A stretch of DNA of 58,162 bases from Nitrospirota bacterium (GTDB taxonomy: Bacteria > Nitrospirota > Nitrospiria > Nitrospirales > Nitrospiraceae). The DNA is taken from positions 1 through 58,162 of the forward strand of contig JAPLLI010000064.1 of the NCBI GenBank assembly GCA_026387615.1, in the 5' to 3' direction. Positions 24,997 to 34,870 of this stretch are shown here, piece by piece (positions within the stretch are counted from its first letter, which is position 1; each line of letters begins with the position of its first letter). The notes under the pieces were generated by a model. That model was not told the origin of the DNA. It did not search any database and was given only the letters and a program-made list of their open reading frames with translations. Both the position numbers and the translations under genes were made by a program.

Positions 24997-25470
24997 CTAC
25001 CTGCGCCTCGTTCCTATCGCATGTTGAGCTCGCGTGGGCAGCGACCCGATCGCGCGCAAAATCATCCGTTCCCGTCGCTGCATCCGGCGCGCTTCCTGCT
25101 CGCTCCGCTCATGATCATAGCCGCAGAGATGCAGGATGCCATGGACCAACAACACGGTCAGTTCCTCATCCAGCGATCGGCCGCCCTCTTTCGCTTGACG
25201 GAGCGCCGTCGGCAGGGCAATCACCACATCGCCCAGCAGGCCGGCGGAGGCATGGGGCGCCTCCCTCATGGCAAAGGCCAGCACGTCGGTCGTGCGATCC
25301 TTGCCCCGATAGTGACGATTGAGGCTCCTCATCCGCTGGTCGCCCACGAGGAGAATGCCCAGTTCCGCCGCCGCTTCCCCGACCGCGGACAGAATCTCCC
25401 GCGCCTGTCGATCCAAACGCGCCTGGTCACAGGTCACACGTCGAACCTGAATCTGCATATGGACTGGCAT
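24997..25470 (-). CDS. ybeY: rRNA maturation endoribonuclease YbeY
   Basis: LLVHGILHLCGYDHE metal-binding motif. The start shares one base with the phoH stop (TAATG). Confidence 0.9.
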   Translation of the reverse strand: MPVHMQIQVRRVTCDQARLDRQAREILSAVGEAAAELGILLVGDQRMRSLNRHYRGKDRTTDVLAFAMREAPHASAGLLGDVVIALPTALRQAKEGGRSLDEELTVLLVHGILHLCGYDHERSEQEARRMQRRERMILRAIGSLPTRAQHAIGTRRR

Positions 25471-26534
25471 TAGTGCGACTGGCCCCAGGAATCCGTGAGC
25501 GGTGTGACGGTGGCGGAAGGCTTCGGCGGTTTGCTGTGGGACGGCATGCGACGTCCTGGCCCGCCGGATAAGGAACCGGCAGGCCTGGTGGAGTTCTGAT
25601 GCTGATCGTAGGCCTTGATAATGTCCTGCACCAATTTGTGCCGGACCACGTCGCGCTCATCGAAGTAGATGAATTCGATCCCCTCGACGTCGCGCAGAAT
25701 CTCCCGCACCTCGATGAGGCCAGAAACCCGTTCAGGCGGCAAATCCACCTGGGTAATATCGCCGGTGACGACCACCTTGGAATGGAACCCGAGTCGCGTG
25801 AGAAACATCTTCATTTGTTCCGCGGTCGCATTTTGCGCTTCATCGAGGATGACGAACGAATCGTTCAACGTGCGGCCCCGCATAAACCCCAACGGCGCAA
25901 TTTCGATGTCGCCCCGTTCGATCGCGCGCGTCGCCCGCTCCATATCCATCATGTCGAACAGGGCGTCGTATAGAGGGCGGAGATAGGGATTCACCTTGGC
26001 ATACATATCCCCTGGCAGGAATCCGAGCTTCTCGCCCGCTTCAACGGCCGGCCGCGCGAGAATGATGCGGCTCACTTCTTTCTTCATCAAGGCGCTCACC
26101 GCCATCGCCATCGCCAGATAGGTCTTGCCTGTGCCGGCCGGGCCGATGCCGATCACGATGTCGTGCGTCTCGATCGCTTCGATATAGGCTTTTTGCGTCG
26201 GCGTTTTCGGCGCGACGAATCGTTTCTTGGTGACGATGGCTGCGGAGCTGGCGAGAAGTTCTTTGATCGGGGTCTCGGGACTCAGCCGGAGCGCGCTCAA
26301 AGCATGAGTGATGTCCTCCGGCTGGAGGACCATTCCTTCGTTGGCCAGGATGGCCAGTTCCGTGAGAATACGTTCGGCATGGCGGGTGGCCTCTGGCGTC
26401 CCGTCGAGGGTGAGCTCTTCGCCGCGCGCCGAGAGGCGCACACCCAAATCGTCTTCGATCAGCTTGAGGTGCCGGTCGTGGTGACCGAAGAGGACGGCGG
26501 TATTAGTGCCTTCTCGTAGTTTAAGCTTGCGCAC
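25470..26534 (-). CDS. PhoH-like ATPase (YbeZ)
   Basis: GPAGTGKTYLAMA Walker A, ILDEAQN, TGDITQVDLP. It has a Pro/Ser-rich C-terminal tail. Confidence 0.9.
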   Translation of the reverse strand: MRKLKLREGTNTAVLFGHHDRHLKLIEDDLGVRLSARGEELTLDGTPEATRHAERILTELAILANEGMVLQPEDITHALSALRLSPETPIKELLASSAAIVTKKRFVAPKTPTQKAYIEAIETHDIVIGIGPAGTGKTYLAMAMAVSALMKKEVSRIILARPAVEAGEKLGFLPGDMYAKVNPYLRPLYDALFDMMDMERATRAIERGDIEIAPLGFMRGRTLNDSFVILDEAQNATAEQMKMFLTRLGFHSKVVVTGDITQVDLPPERVSGLIEVREILRDVEGIEFIYFDERDVVRHKLVQDIIKAYDQHQNSTRPAGSLSGGPGRRMPSHSKPPKPSATVTPLTDSWGQSH

Positions 26535-26611
26535 GCGTAATGAGCGGGGCCTCTCCTCTAATTAATGTGATGATTCTAACAAACCAGGAAGGACCGGGCA
26601 AGCAGAGGGGC

Positions 26612-27556
26612 CTAGGCCCCCTCTGCTTTCGCGGAAATCGGATTGGTCAGCGTCACGCTAAACTCTTGAAAGGCCGTCGCTCCCTGAGTATCTTCAGCCA
26701 CCACTCGGACTTTGTATGTGCCGGTGAGATCCGGCGCCACGCGCCACACAATATGGCCCGTGTCTATTTCGATCGTCATCCCGGGAGGAGCGGCCTCAAG
26801 CCGATAGTGAATGTTGTCTCCTTCCGGATCGATGGCTTTGACAACATACTCGTAACGCTCCCTGCCGACTGGAGCGGGGGGAGTCGACAGGATCGTCGGA
26901 GGACTGTTTCCCAGCGCCAGCGGCTCCGATTTCACCGGCCTACCAACAGATGTCCGGTCTCGCGGAGTCACTTCGACTGTCACGACATCCGTTAGAGAAA
27001 AACCCGTCGTATCGAGGATTGCTCCATCCCCTTCCTTGGCGACCGTTGCGTTGCGCCACCAACGAAATGAGAGTTCGAAGCGGTCACGGTCCGGGTCGTC
27101 TGCTTCGGCGAACGCTTCGAGCCTATCCCCTGGTTTCGCCGGTTGAGGGCGAATTGAAAGCGACGAGATGATCGGAGGCGTATTCATGACGGTGACCGCC
27201 GCAGTGCGATAGGTCGCGCCTCGCTCTTTTCCATCGTCAGGTACAATCTCCACGCTGACGCTGTCTCCCTGCCTGAGGAAATCCGGCGACAAGGTCGGAG
27301 ACGTCTGCCCGTTCAGAGGATGGCCGTTCGCCATCCACTGATGATGAAACGTCAATGTGTCGCGGTCCTGATCGTCCGCATGGATCTGCACGGAAATCGC
27401 GGTCTCACGAACGAGAGGGGAAGGAGAAATAGTGGCCTCACGAATCACCGGACGGTGATTGCCTGACAGGCCCGAACCGCTACCTCCCTCAGGAGATGAT
27501 TCAGCCGTACAGCCGCTGGCTATCAGGCTCATGGCCAGAAGGAAACGACAGACCAT
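26612..27556 (-). CDS. Lipoprotein with three tandem Ig-like/cadherin-like repeats
   Basis: Lipobox LIASGC. Three ~90-aa units, each carrying a D.D.D..(L/F/I).(F/Y)...W-type motif (ADDQDRDTLTFHHQW, ADDPDRDRFELSFRWW, IDPEGDNIHYRLE). It is the last gene of the pilus block. Confidence 0.5.
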   Translation of the reverse strand: MVCRFLLAMSLIASGCTAESSPEGGSGSGLSGNHRPVIREATISPSPLVRETAISVQIHADDQDRDTLTFHHQWMANGHPLNGQTSPTLSPDFLRQGDSVSVEIVPDDGKERGATYRTAAVTVMNTPPIISSLSIRPQPAKPGDRLEAFAEADDPDRDRFELSFRWWRNATVAKEGDGAILDTTGFSLTDVVTVEVTPRDRTSVGRPVKSEPLALGNSPPTILSTPPAPVGRERYEYVVKAIDPEGDNIHYRLEAAPPGMTIEIDTGHIVWRVAPDLTGTYKVRVVAEDTQGATAFQEFSVTLTNPISAKAEGA

Positions 27557-27638
27557 GAGCCGCTCAAACGATCGGGCGGAAGAGCATTCCCCTCCCGCCC
27601 TCATCCGATCCATCCTATGAGATTCACCTCTATTCACG

Positions 27639-30600
27639 TTACTCCCGCTGGTTCATCCAGGCGACGTAGCGGCTACGCGTTGCGCTCGCCAGATTTGTGC
27701 AGGGCTGAACAATCGTGCTGGAGCTCGTATTAATGAAACCCATTGCCCCGCTTTGGCAGCCGCTGCCGCTGCCACCGCCGCCGCTGCCGGTTCCCTGGCC
27801 ACCGAGCTGGATGGCCATCTGCGCAGCAAGGCCGGTGCCGAGACTCATGGACCGATTCACCATCTGGTTACTGCCCGATGCCGTCGTCCCGACGATCGAC
27901 TCCGTATACGCGCTCCCCGTCAGATAAAATAGCGCATACAGATTGCTGGTTCCTGAGGAGCTGCAGATATCATCATTCGGAATAAACGAGGGGAAGAAGG
28001 CGATTCCTCCCAAGAGTGTGGGATTGACCAACACACGCTCTCTGGCCGCAGGGAGCGTGGTAAACCATCCCTTCTTGCTCTGCACCAAGCCGATCAGCGA
28101 GGTGGTCCCCGTGCCAGTAAAGGTGGTCACGCCGGTGACGCCATTCACCTGGCTGGTTGATCCACCACAGGTGCCGACGCTCATGACACAGACCTGCGCG
28201 CTTGAGACGTTCACCAAATCGTTGTCATAACAATTCGTTGTCGTACTCTGGATGCAGGTGGCACTGGCAACAGAGTCTTTGACCCCGAAAAAATACTGCG
28301 TATCCGTGTTGGTCTTGTCGGCTGAGCTATAGTAGCGGCCTGTGCCGAAAAAGATCCAAACCTGGCCCGCATCATCCAGCGTCGATGTCGGCGCCGACAC
28401 CATCGGGCCCATCTTGAGAACTGTTCCGCTAGGCGGGAAGGTATTGAGAACTTCCGTCGGCACACGGTTGCTGCCCGAGGCAATTCCCCATGTGGACGTT
28501 GAACAAGGCGCCACAGCGCAGGTCCCCATCGTGAGCCGATACATCTTCCCGGACCAAGACCCACGGCCGCTATCAGTAGGATCAATCGTCTGACCTGCAT
28601 AGACCGTATCCGACCGATAATCTAAATTCTTGTCCAACGTAATGAGGTCCGCCATAAACGATTTCCATGAGCCTGCCGACATTGTCGTGACAAGACTGTT
28701 GCCCGCTCCTGGCCCTGCCACAAGATCGACCGCAAAGAGCTTAGCGATTTGCCCAGCCTCTCCCCCATACCCTGTCACACCAGAACCGAACACGACAGAC
28801 CACTTAGCGTTAGTATTATCCGACTTCAGGTCGTCTTTGGGGCTAGTCCGAACAATCGAGGGATAACTGGTGGAAAGCCCGAGGTCGGATGAGCTGAAGG
28901 ACCACAGCAGTTTTGGCGCAACTTCCGGGTCTGTGATGTCCAACACGAAATAGGCCGTATAGAAGTTACGATTCGTCCCGCTGATGTTCACGGTCATCGG
29001 CGGCGCGCCGGCTGCGGCCACGCAGGCGCCGCAGCTTCCGCCCATGCGAAATCCACCGATCAGAATCGTGCCCCAGCCATTGGGATGGGACGACGACTGT
29101 CCGTTAATACAACTTGTCGCAACCCCGGTCGCAGAATCACAGAAAATCTTCACGTCAGTCACTTTCGGCTTGAGATCGACGTAATAGACATGGGTATAGT
29201 CGGCTTGGGTCAGCCACTTCAGATGGGGAAGCAACTGATAGGGAATGAATCCCCAAAGTTCGTCTCCCAATGTTTGGCCGCTCGCATTGTCCGTCGGGTT
29301 TTTTGTGAACCAGCCATGCTCCACGACCGAGCCAGTGGAGGGGTCGTCTCCTCGGTGATAAAAACCGCCGTTGAAGGCATGCAGCATGCCGTCGTTCGAG
29401 CCCAGGTAGGCGACCAGGCGACGGTTCTTGTACTTCTGAAAGAACGCCGTATAGCTGGAGTCTCCGTACAACAGATCAAACCGTTCTTTCGGCGTCCCGA
29501 TCACCGTCGGCGTCGAATGGATGGGATCGCCGTATTTCCACACCGCAAGCGATCCTCCCACCGTCAATTGCCGGTCGCGCATCCCTGTAACCTGCACGCC
29601 CCGAATAAAATTGATAATGTTGTCCGACGAATAGGGATTAATTGCGCTGTAGGGACTGGCACTGGGTCGAAGATACGGGCTCAAGGTGGCGGAGTTGGCC
29701 GTAGTGAAACTCAGCTGCTCGCCCGAATCGACCAGCCCGTTATTGTTGAGATCCACCCAGGTCAGCAACGTTCGATTGGCCGGATCGGTCAAGGCCAGAC
29801 GTTTGCCCGCTTCCCAAACTCCCTTCATCTCGCGTAGCCCGATCGACTCATAGGCGGTCGCGCTGTCGGCTCTTCCGTCTCCGTCGGCGTCGTGATAGCG
29901 GTCCACAAACACCGTATTCGTCGCACTGTCGAATCTGGTTCGCACGATCTTGTCTTCGCTGTAGACCAACCGGCCATCGGCGTTCGTATCCTCCCGTAGA
30001 TTCCCGAACGTGTCCAAGAAAAGGCCCTGGGTATAGCCGGTCCATTTAATATCCCTGCTCCCTTCGTAGGTGAGGGGATAGAAGAACGATTGGTAAAGCG
30101 ACCCGTCGCCGGTCGACGAGGTAGCGAGCACAGAAACGGCCGTCCCTGAGGCGCTTCGCTGGAGAATGCTGGTGATGGCGGCAAGGAGTTTATCCCGGAG
30201 ATCGTCGGCATCGGCCGATTCGAAGTAGGTATCGGGAAGGCCGTCGGCGCCCTGCGCGCCGGTATAATTATTCACCTTGTCATACTCTTCGACTAAGTCC
30301 GGTTGATTGTTCCCATTCCGATCTTCAAAGCCCCCAGTCTTGGCCGTCGTTTGTAAGATCTCCCGTCCGATTGCCTCACCGAACGCATAAAACGTATAGA
30401 CCGTCACATTCTGGAACCCGGCTAGGTCTTTTCCTGTCTCATTGAGCACCGGCAAGGTTGCCTGCCGAAGATCCGTCGTGTGGGCGTAATAAGCCACATC
30501 GTCCAGGTAATGTTTGCCGCTGGATGCATAATCGGTCTTATGTCCGACACAGGTCGTCGTCGGCGTGCTAGTACAGTGCGCGGCGTGATAGGCATGGGCA

Positions 30601-31637
30601 TAATCTTGTAAACTCGCAGGAACGTTCGTGTCCTGCGTCGGCTCGCCATCGGTAAAGATCATGACGAAACTTTTGCAACAAGTTACGTAGCCGCCTGGCG
30701 GAGTGGAGCTCCAATCAGGAGACTTAAAATAATAGGGATCGCGGCTTGTCACGTTATAGGAATAGTCCGAGTTGGTATAGGCCGGAGCAAGCTGCGCGAA
30801 ATAGCGCGTGGCCTCATAGAGCGATTCGGCCAATGGCGTGTAGGTTGAAGCAGTGGTAGATTCGATGGCATTGACTAAGGAAGTAATATTGCCGCCGATA
30901 TCCGCCAAAACCTTTCCTCCGTCACCGGCGCCCTTGAACTCCATCAGGCCAAACCTGGCCTTGCTTCCCACCGCCTGAATAATGCCGTTCGGCTCCGCCG
31001 CAATCTCGGCCTTGAGCGTGTAAGAGGTGGACGAGCCCCCGCAGCCAGAAGCTTGCACAAGCAGATTGTTACCTGACCGGTTGTAACACTTGCTCCCCGC
31101 ATAGGGACTGATGCCAGTCGAGGAAACATTGTCGATAGAATTTGACGGGCTTGACTCGAAAACCAACGTCCCCCCTGGATAACAGGTACCGTTCAACGCT
31201 CGAGGTGCGCATTTGCCACCCATCATGACCCACTTGGTGATCTCGATCCTGGTCATCGTCAGATAGTTCAAGAAACTGCCCAGCCAGGGAGCCCCGGCAC
31301 TGCAAGGGTTCCCACTTGCAGCCTTATCAGCGCTGGGAGTGAATTTATTGGATCCGTAACTGTAGCACTTCGTGGGTGCGAAATAGCCGTTGTAGTCTTT
31401 GCTCGGATTATAGGGCTCGGCGTTGTCATGATAGGCCGAGCTGTCCATGCTGCCGGAGTTGTCCATCAACAAGAGGACGTTCGGAGGAACTGCGTCGGCA
31501 ATGAACGGCGGAATGGACGTGTAATCCGCCATCGCCTGCGCATGGGCTTCCACCGAGGGAAAAAGCGCCGCCACCCCCAACACACAGAGTCCACACCAGA
31601 GGATTTTTGCACTGACATTGTTGTGTTGCATGTTCAT
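27639..31637 (-). CDS. pilY1: PilY1-like type IV pilus tip adhesin with an N-terminal vWA domain
   Basis: MIDAS LLLMDNSGSMDS and IFTDGEPTQD (vWA), then a long C-terminal region with PilY1-type propeller features (HSTP, MLHAFNGG). Start at ATG 31637 with GGGAGGGA upstream. Confidence 0.85.
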   Translation of the reverse strand: MNMQHNNVSAKILWCGLCVLGVAALFPSVEAHAQAMADYTSIPPFIADAVPPNVLLLMDNSGSMDSSAYHDNAEPYNPSKDYNGYFAPTKCYSYGSNKFTPSADKAASGNPCSAGAPWLGSFLNYLTMTRIEITKWVMMGGKCAPRALNGTCYPGGTLVFESSPSNSIDNVSSTGISPYAGSKCYNRSGNNLLVQASGCGGSSTSYTLKAEIAAEPNGIIQAVGSKARFGLMEFKGAGDGGKVLADIGGNITSLVNAIESTTASTYTPLAESLYEATRYFAQLAPAYTNSDYSYNVTSRDPYYFKSPDWSSTPPGGYVTCCKSFVMIFTDGEPTQDTNVPASLQDYAHAYHAAHCTSTPTTTCVGHKTDYASSGKHYLDDVAYYAHTTDLRQATLPVLNETGKDLAGFQNVTVYTFYAFGEAIGREILQTTAKTGGFEDRNGNNQPDLVEEYDKVNNYTGAQGADGLPDTYFESADADDLRDKLLAAITSILQRSASGTAVSVLATSSTGDGSLYQSFFYPLTYEGSRDIKWTGYTQGLFLDTFGNLREDTNADGRLVYSEDKIVRTRFDSATNTVFVDRYHDADGDGRADSATAYESIGLREMKGVWEAGKRLALTDPANRTLLTWVDLNNNGLVDSGEQLSFTTANSATLSPYLRPSASPYSAINPYSSDNIINFIRGVQVTGMRDRQLTVGGSLAVWKYGDPIHSTPTVIGTPKERFDLLYGDSSYTAFFQKYKNRRLVAYLGSNDGMLHAFNGGFYHRGDDPSTGSVVEHGWFTKNPTDNASGQTLGDELWGFIPYQLLPHLKWLTQADYTHVYYVDLKPKVTDVKIFCDSATGVATSCINGQSSSHPNGWGTILIGGFRMGGSCGACVAAAGAPPMTVNISGTNRNFYTAYFVLDITDPEVAPKLLWSFSSSDLGLSTSYPSIVRTSPKDDLKSDNTNAKWSVVFGSGVTGYGGEAGQIAKLFAVDLVAGPGAGNSLVTTMSAGSWKSFMADLITLDKNLDYRSDTVYAGQTIDPTDSGRGSWSGKMYRLTMGTCAVAPCSTSTWGIASGSNRVPTEVLNTFPPSGTVLKMGPMVSAPTSTLDDAGQVWIFFGTGRYYSSADKTNTDTQYFFGVKDSVASATCIQSTTTNCYDNDLVNVSSAQVCVMSVGTCGGSTSQVNGVTGVTTFTGTGTTSLIGLVQSKKGWFTTLPAARERVLVNPTLLGGIAFFPSFIPNDDICSSSGTSNLYALFYLTGSAYTESIVGTTASGSNQMVNRSMSLGTGLAAQMAIQLGGQGTGSGGGGSGSGCQSGAMGFINTSSSTIVQPCTNLASATRSRYVAWMNQRE

Positions 31638-31726
31638 AATTGATCCCTCCCGCTTCCTATCGTTCATTTTCCCAACCGACTCTTCCGCCTTCGGTGGGAC
31701 TGACAGGCACGGTCCACTCGTGTCGC

Positions 31727-32047
31727 TTACCTCGGCACAATCACAATGATCTTGTACAGGGCTCCCTCTTTGAGCTGATACTGAACGATCAGCCCAGGCC
31801 TAAGCTGGCCCCATTCCATCGGCTTGCCCCCGTCATCCTTAAGAGTCATTTTCGGGTGCAGGCTATACGTCCTGCCCTGCACATCGAGAGTCCCTGAGCC
31901 GACCCCCGTGACTTCCCCCTCCTCCAACCCACTGAGATGCTGACCATTTACTGGTTCAGCCCAGACAATCGGCGAAAGAAACTCAGGCCCCGATGCCAGA
32001 ACTAGGGCGATCGCCCACAGCACACAGATTGATCTTCGTCGTCTCAT
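31727..32047 (-). CDS. Small secreted hypothetical protein between pilX and pilY1
   Basis: MRRRRSICVLWAIALVLASG... signal-like N-terminus followed by about 80 aa of beta-rich sequence. The start choice among several in-frame ATGs is uncertain. Confidence 0.4.
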   Translation of the reverse strand: MRRRRSICVLWAIALVLASGPEFLSPIVWAEPVNGQHLSGLEEGEVTGVGSGTLDVQGRTYSLHPKMTLKDDGGKPMEWGQLRPGLIVQYQLKEGALYKIIVIVPR

Positions 32048-32103
32048 CGAGCAGATTCTGATTTTTTCTGAGTCCATCGCTTCATGGGCCTCCATGTCCC
32101 GCT

Positions 32104-32742
32104 TCATTTCTGGCAGCTCTCGCCGCTGAGTGTACAGGCGTACACCACTGTGACTCGTGCAGAGGTTCCCGTTGCCGTGTTTTGTGCAACACAATCGACC
32201 CGGTAAAACAAATCGGAAGACCCGACGGCTGAATTTCCTGTGCCCTCATAGCCTGCGAACTGCTGCATGCCGGATCCAGCCTTGCCTTTGATATAGAGCC
32301 GGTCGATATCTCCGCTCACCTGGTAGGCCCCAACCGTCTGAACCAAATTGGGAACCGCGCCTGTACCCACCGGCACATCGGAATTGTTATCGGACTGTCC
32401 CATGATTTCCTGGGTCAACACCGCCGCATTCGCTTGCGGAACAGGCCCGGCTGGTGTCGCATTACTCAGAAAGGCAACGGGCAGGATACCGGCCCCGACA
32501 TAGGGATCAATAGTCTGCTGAATCACATTGACGGCTGTCCCTGCGCAGGCCTCTGCCGCCATCGCGGCGGATTCCGTCGAGGTTGCGAACCCAGCCATCC
32601 GACTCTCGAATCCCGTCACGGTGAGGGCGGCAATTCCGAGCACCGTCATCATCAGCATGATGAGCAGGACCGTCAGCATGGCAACGCCTTGCTCATTCAC
32701 CACACGACTCCCGCTATCAAACCCCACGCTCCTACCCCTCAT
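32104..32742 (-). CDS. pilX: PilX-like minor pilin (PilX N-terminal domain, no Glu5)
   Basis: QGVAMLTVLLIMLMMTVLGIAALTVTGFESRMAG. AAGGAG RBS about 7 nt upstream. Confidence 0.7.
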   Translation of the reverse strand: MRGRSVGFDSGSRVVNEQGVAMLTVLLIMLMMTVLGIAALTVTGFESRMAGFATSTESAAMAAEACAGTAVNVIQQTIDPYVGAGILPVAFLSNATPAGPVPQANAAVLTQEIMGQSDNNSDVPVGTGAVPNLVQTVGAYQVSGDIDRLYIKGKAGSGMQQFAGYEGTGNSAVGSSDLFYRVDCVAQNTATGTSARVTVVYACTLSGESCQK

Positions 32743-32754
32743 ATCAAGACTCCT

Positions 32755-33852
32755 TCACAGGCGCTGATTCCGCGTTTCGACCGTTCGGGTCAGCACGCGC
32801 CGTCGATAATTCGTATAGGGAGGATTCAGCCCTCCGAAATCGCCCGCCGTAAAGAGGCCCTGCGCGTGCGTGTGATCGCTCACCTGCAAGGCGGTCGAAG
32901 AAAGCGCCGTGGCGCCCCGTCCTTCCCCCAGTCCTTGATCGGGATCTGTTTGCCGCGCAACAATGCTCACCTGCACCAGGCGAATTTTGTCCGGCGTCAT
33001 AGGCGACGCGCTCCACATATTGTTGGTGATAAAGTCTGCCTGATCGAAACCGGCCGCCCCCCCCTGATTGTCGATAATTCGATCGGCAACCCCGGCGTTG
33101 ACCGCGCCATTGCAGCCGTCACAGGCATAGGCAAATTGAATATCTTCTATTCCGTCGGCGACCGACACGCCGTTTCTGAGCAAGCAGGGCGCATCCCCGC
33201 TGCAGGCAACGGTCGATGTCCCGATCGAATAGGTCACACACTGCAACAGATACACCGGCATACCAACAGGGAAGGCCGCCGGCGGAGGGATCTGCGCAAA
33301 ATTAAGGCTATTGCCGCTGACGGATGTGACTGAAAAGGTGGCGCCGCCGCCGATCGTCACGATGGCACCGGTCAAACTCCCTCCGGCCTCCGTCGTCATG
33401 TCTGCCACGGCACCGGCCGGTAGCGTGATCTGATTGAAACTGGCTACGCCCCCGACCGCACTCGCAAGGCTCCAGGCGGGAGCCATCGACCGTCCAATCG
33501 GCACCAGAAGACGAAGGGAGTCCGGACCCGTATCAGCACCAGCCGGCGTATGATCCAATGGGACAATCGCGGTCGCGCAGGTTCCCACCGGCCCCGTCAT
33601 GCCAAATCCAGCAAGCTTGATATCGCGGGAGAGCAGGTCCATCGCAATGCGCACATTTTGCTGCGTTTCAACGACTTGATCATTGGCGGTCGTCGCCTTT
33701 TGAGTCGTGACCAAGACAGTGAAAGCCGCTGCCACCACCACCATGGCCACCACAAGCCCCACCAGCAATTCGACCAGCGTCATCCCCTGCTCTGCCGTCA
33801 GGGATGATGCCTGGCGCTTTCCATTCTCTCTCTCAATCATCACATTCATCAT
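32755..33852 (-). CDS. pilW: PilW-like minor pilin (prepilin-type N-terminus)
   Basis: QG/MTLVELLVGLVVAMVVV...QQNVRIAMDLLSRDIKLAGFG. The start is ambiguous among the ATGs at 33873, 33852, 33849 and 33840. Confidence 0.75.
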   Translation of the reverse strand: MMNVMIERENGKRQASSLTAEQGMTLVELLVGLVVAMVVVAAAFTVLVTTQKATTANDQVVETQQNVRIAMDLLSRDIKLAGFGMTGPVGTCATAIVPLDHTPAGADTGPDSLRLLVPIGRSMAPAWSLASAVGGVASFNQITLPAGAVADMTTEAGGSLTGAIVTIGGGATFSVTSVSGNSLNFAQIPPPAAFPVGMPVYLLQCVTYSIGTSTVACSGDAPCLLRNGVSVADGIEDIQFAYACDGCNGAVNAGVADRIIDNQGGAAGFDQADFITNNMWSASPMTPDKIRLVQVSIVARQTDPDQGLGEGRGATALSSTALQVSDHTHAQGLFTAGDFGGLNPPYTNYRRRVLTRTVETRNQRL

Positions 33853-33869
33853 ATTCCTGCCGTTCAGAC

Positions 33870-34400
33870 TCATTCGGGAGCGACTACGGTAGTCATCGCG
33901 ACCTGCCGTGGCCTGGCGACCTTGCTGGCGCCAGCTGCTCCCGTCCACGTCATGGTCACGACAACGCGACTCATGTTCAATGCGGGATTCGTAGGCCCTG
34001 TCGGCGACACGTCAACCTTACCGCGGATCCCTCCCAGCCCAGCGGAAAAACTACCGGTGAGCAGATTGACCCACTGGTCACAATCTCCACGTGCAATCGG
34101 TTGAGAGGCAGAATCGATCGTGCAGGCCACAGATGTATCAATCCCGTTATAGGCCGCAGCATTACGACGATTGAACTGAATCCGTTCCATTATGTCGGCT
34201 GCAAAATTCGTCACGCGGGTCATCTCGCTCGCATCAACATTACGACCCAGTGAGAATATCTGCATGGTCGACAAAGACAACAAACTGATGGCCAGAATAA
34301 GGCTGGCTAACATGCCCTCGATAAGCGAAAATCCATCGCTATCATGCCCTATGTCTCGATGCGATTGCCGAACCATGGCACCCTCACTCTTGGAATTCAT
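33870..34400 (-). CDS. pilV: PilV-like minor pilin (prepilin-type N-terminus)
   Basis: DG/FSLIEGMLASLILAISLLSL. ATG 34400 forms an ATGA overlap with the fimT stop. The alternative ATG 34376 has a GAGGG RBS. Confidence 0.75.
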   Translation of the reverse strand: MNSKSEGAMVRQSHRDIGHDSDGFSLIEGMLASLILAISLLSLSTMQIFSLGRNVDASEMTRVTNFAADIMERIQFNRRNAAAYNGIDTSVACTIDSASQPIARGDCDQWVNLLTGSFSAGLGGIRGKVDVSPTGPTNPALNMSRVVVTMTWTGAAGASKVARPRQVAMTTVVAPE

Positions 34401-34870
34401 GGACAAGTTGCAGTGGGACACCACGTAATTTTTCCGCGGGGAGTAACCCGAAGCGAATAGGAAAGCCCGCGGTTATTCGTCAGCATGAGTTGCTGATTTC
34501 CGGCTCCACCTCCCGACCTGATTCCAAGCGGGGAAAATGCCACTGCCGCCGGTGCGGGGCTCAGTCCCGTCACGCCTTTCATCATTCTGGTCAAAGCAAT
34601 GACCGACCCGCCTGCCGCATCGCCGGCTGAAATTTCGACAAAACCGCCGGTCAATGTCAGACTGACATTGACCGGGGAATTTCGGTTCATCGCTGCAATA
34701 CGAGACAAATTCAGCTGACTTTGAATTTCCGTCACGGCCTGCTTCAATTGATACTGGGCATACCAGACCGAAAAGTTCGTCACTGCGATCGTTGCGCTAA
34801 TGCCGATGATCGCAGTCACGATCATCACCTCTATCAGAGTGAACCCATTTCTTGCCGGCACACGTTTCAT
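34397..34870 (-). CDS. fimT: FimT/GspH-family minor pilin
   Basis: NG/FTLIEVMIVTAIIGI...LKQAVTEIQSQLNLSRIAAMNRN. Start at ATG 34870 with GGGGGAGAG upstream. Confidence 0.8.
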   Translation of the reverse strand: MKRVPARNGFTLIEVMIVTAIIGISATIAVTNFSVWYAQYQLKQAVTEIQSQLNLSRIAAMNRNSPVNVSLTLTGGFVEISAGDAAGGSVIALTRMMKGVTGLSPAPAAVAFSPLGIRSGGGAGNQQLMLTNNRGLSYSLRVTPRGKITWCPTATCP

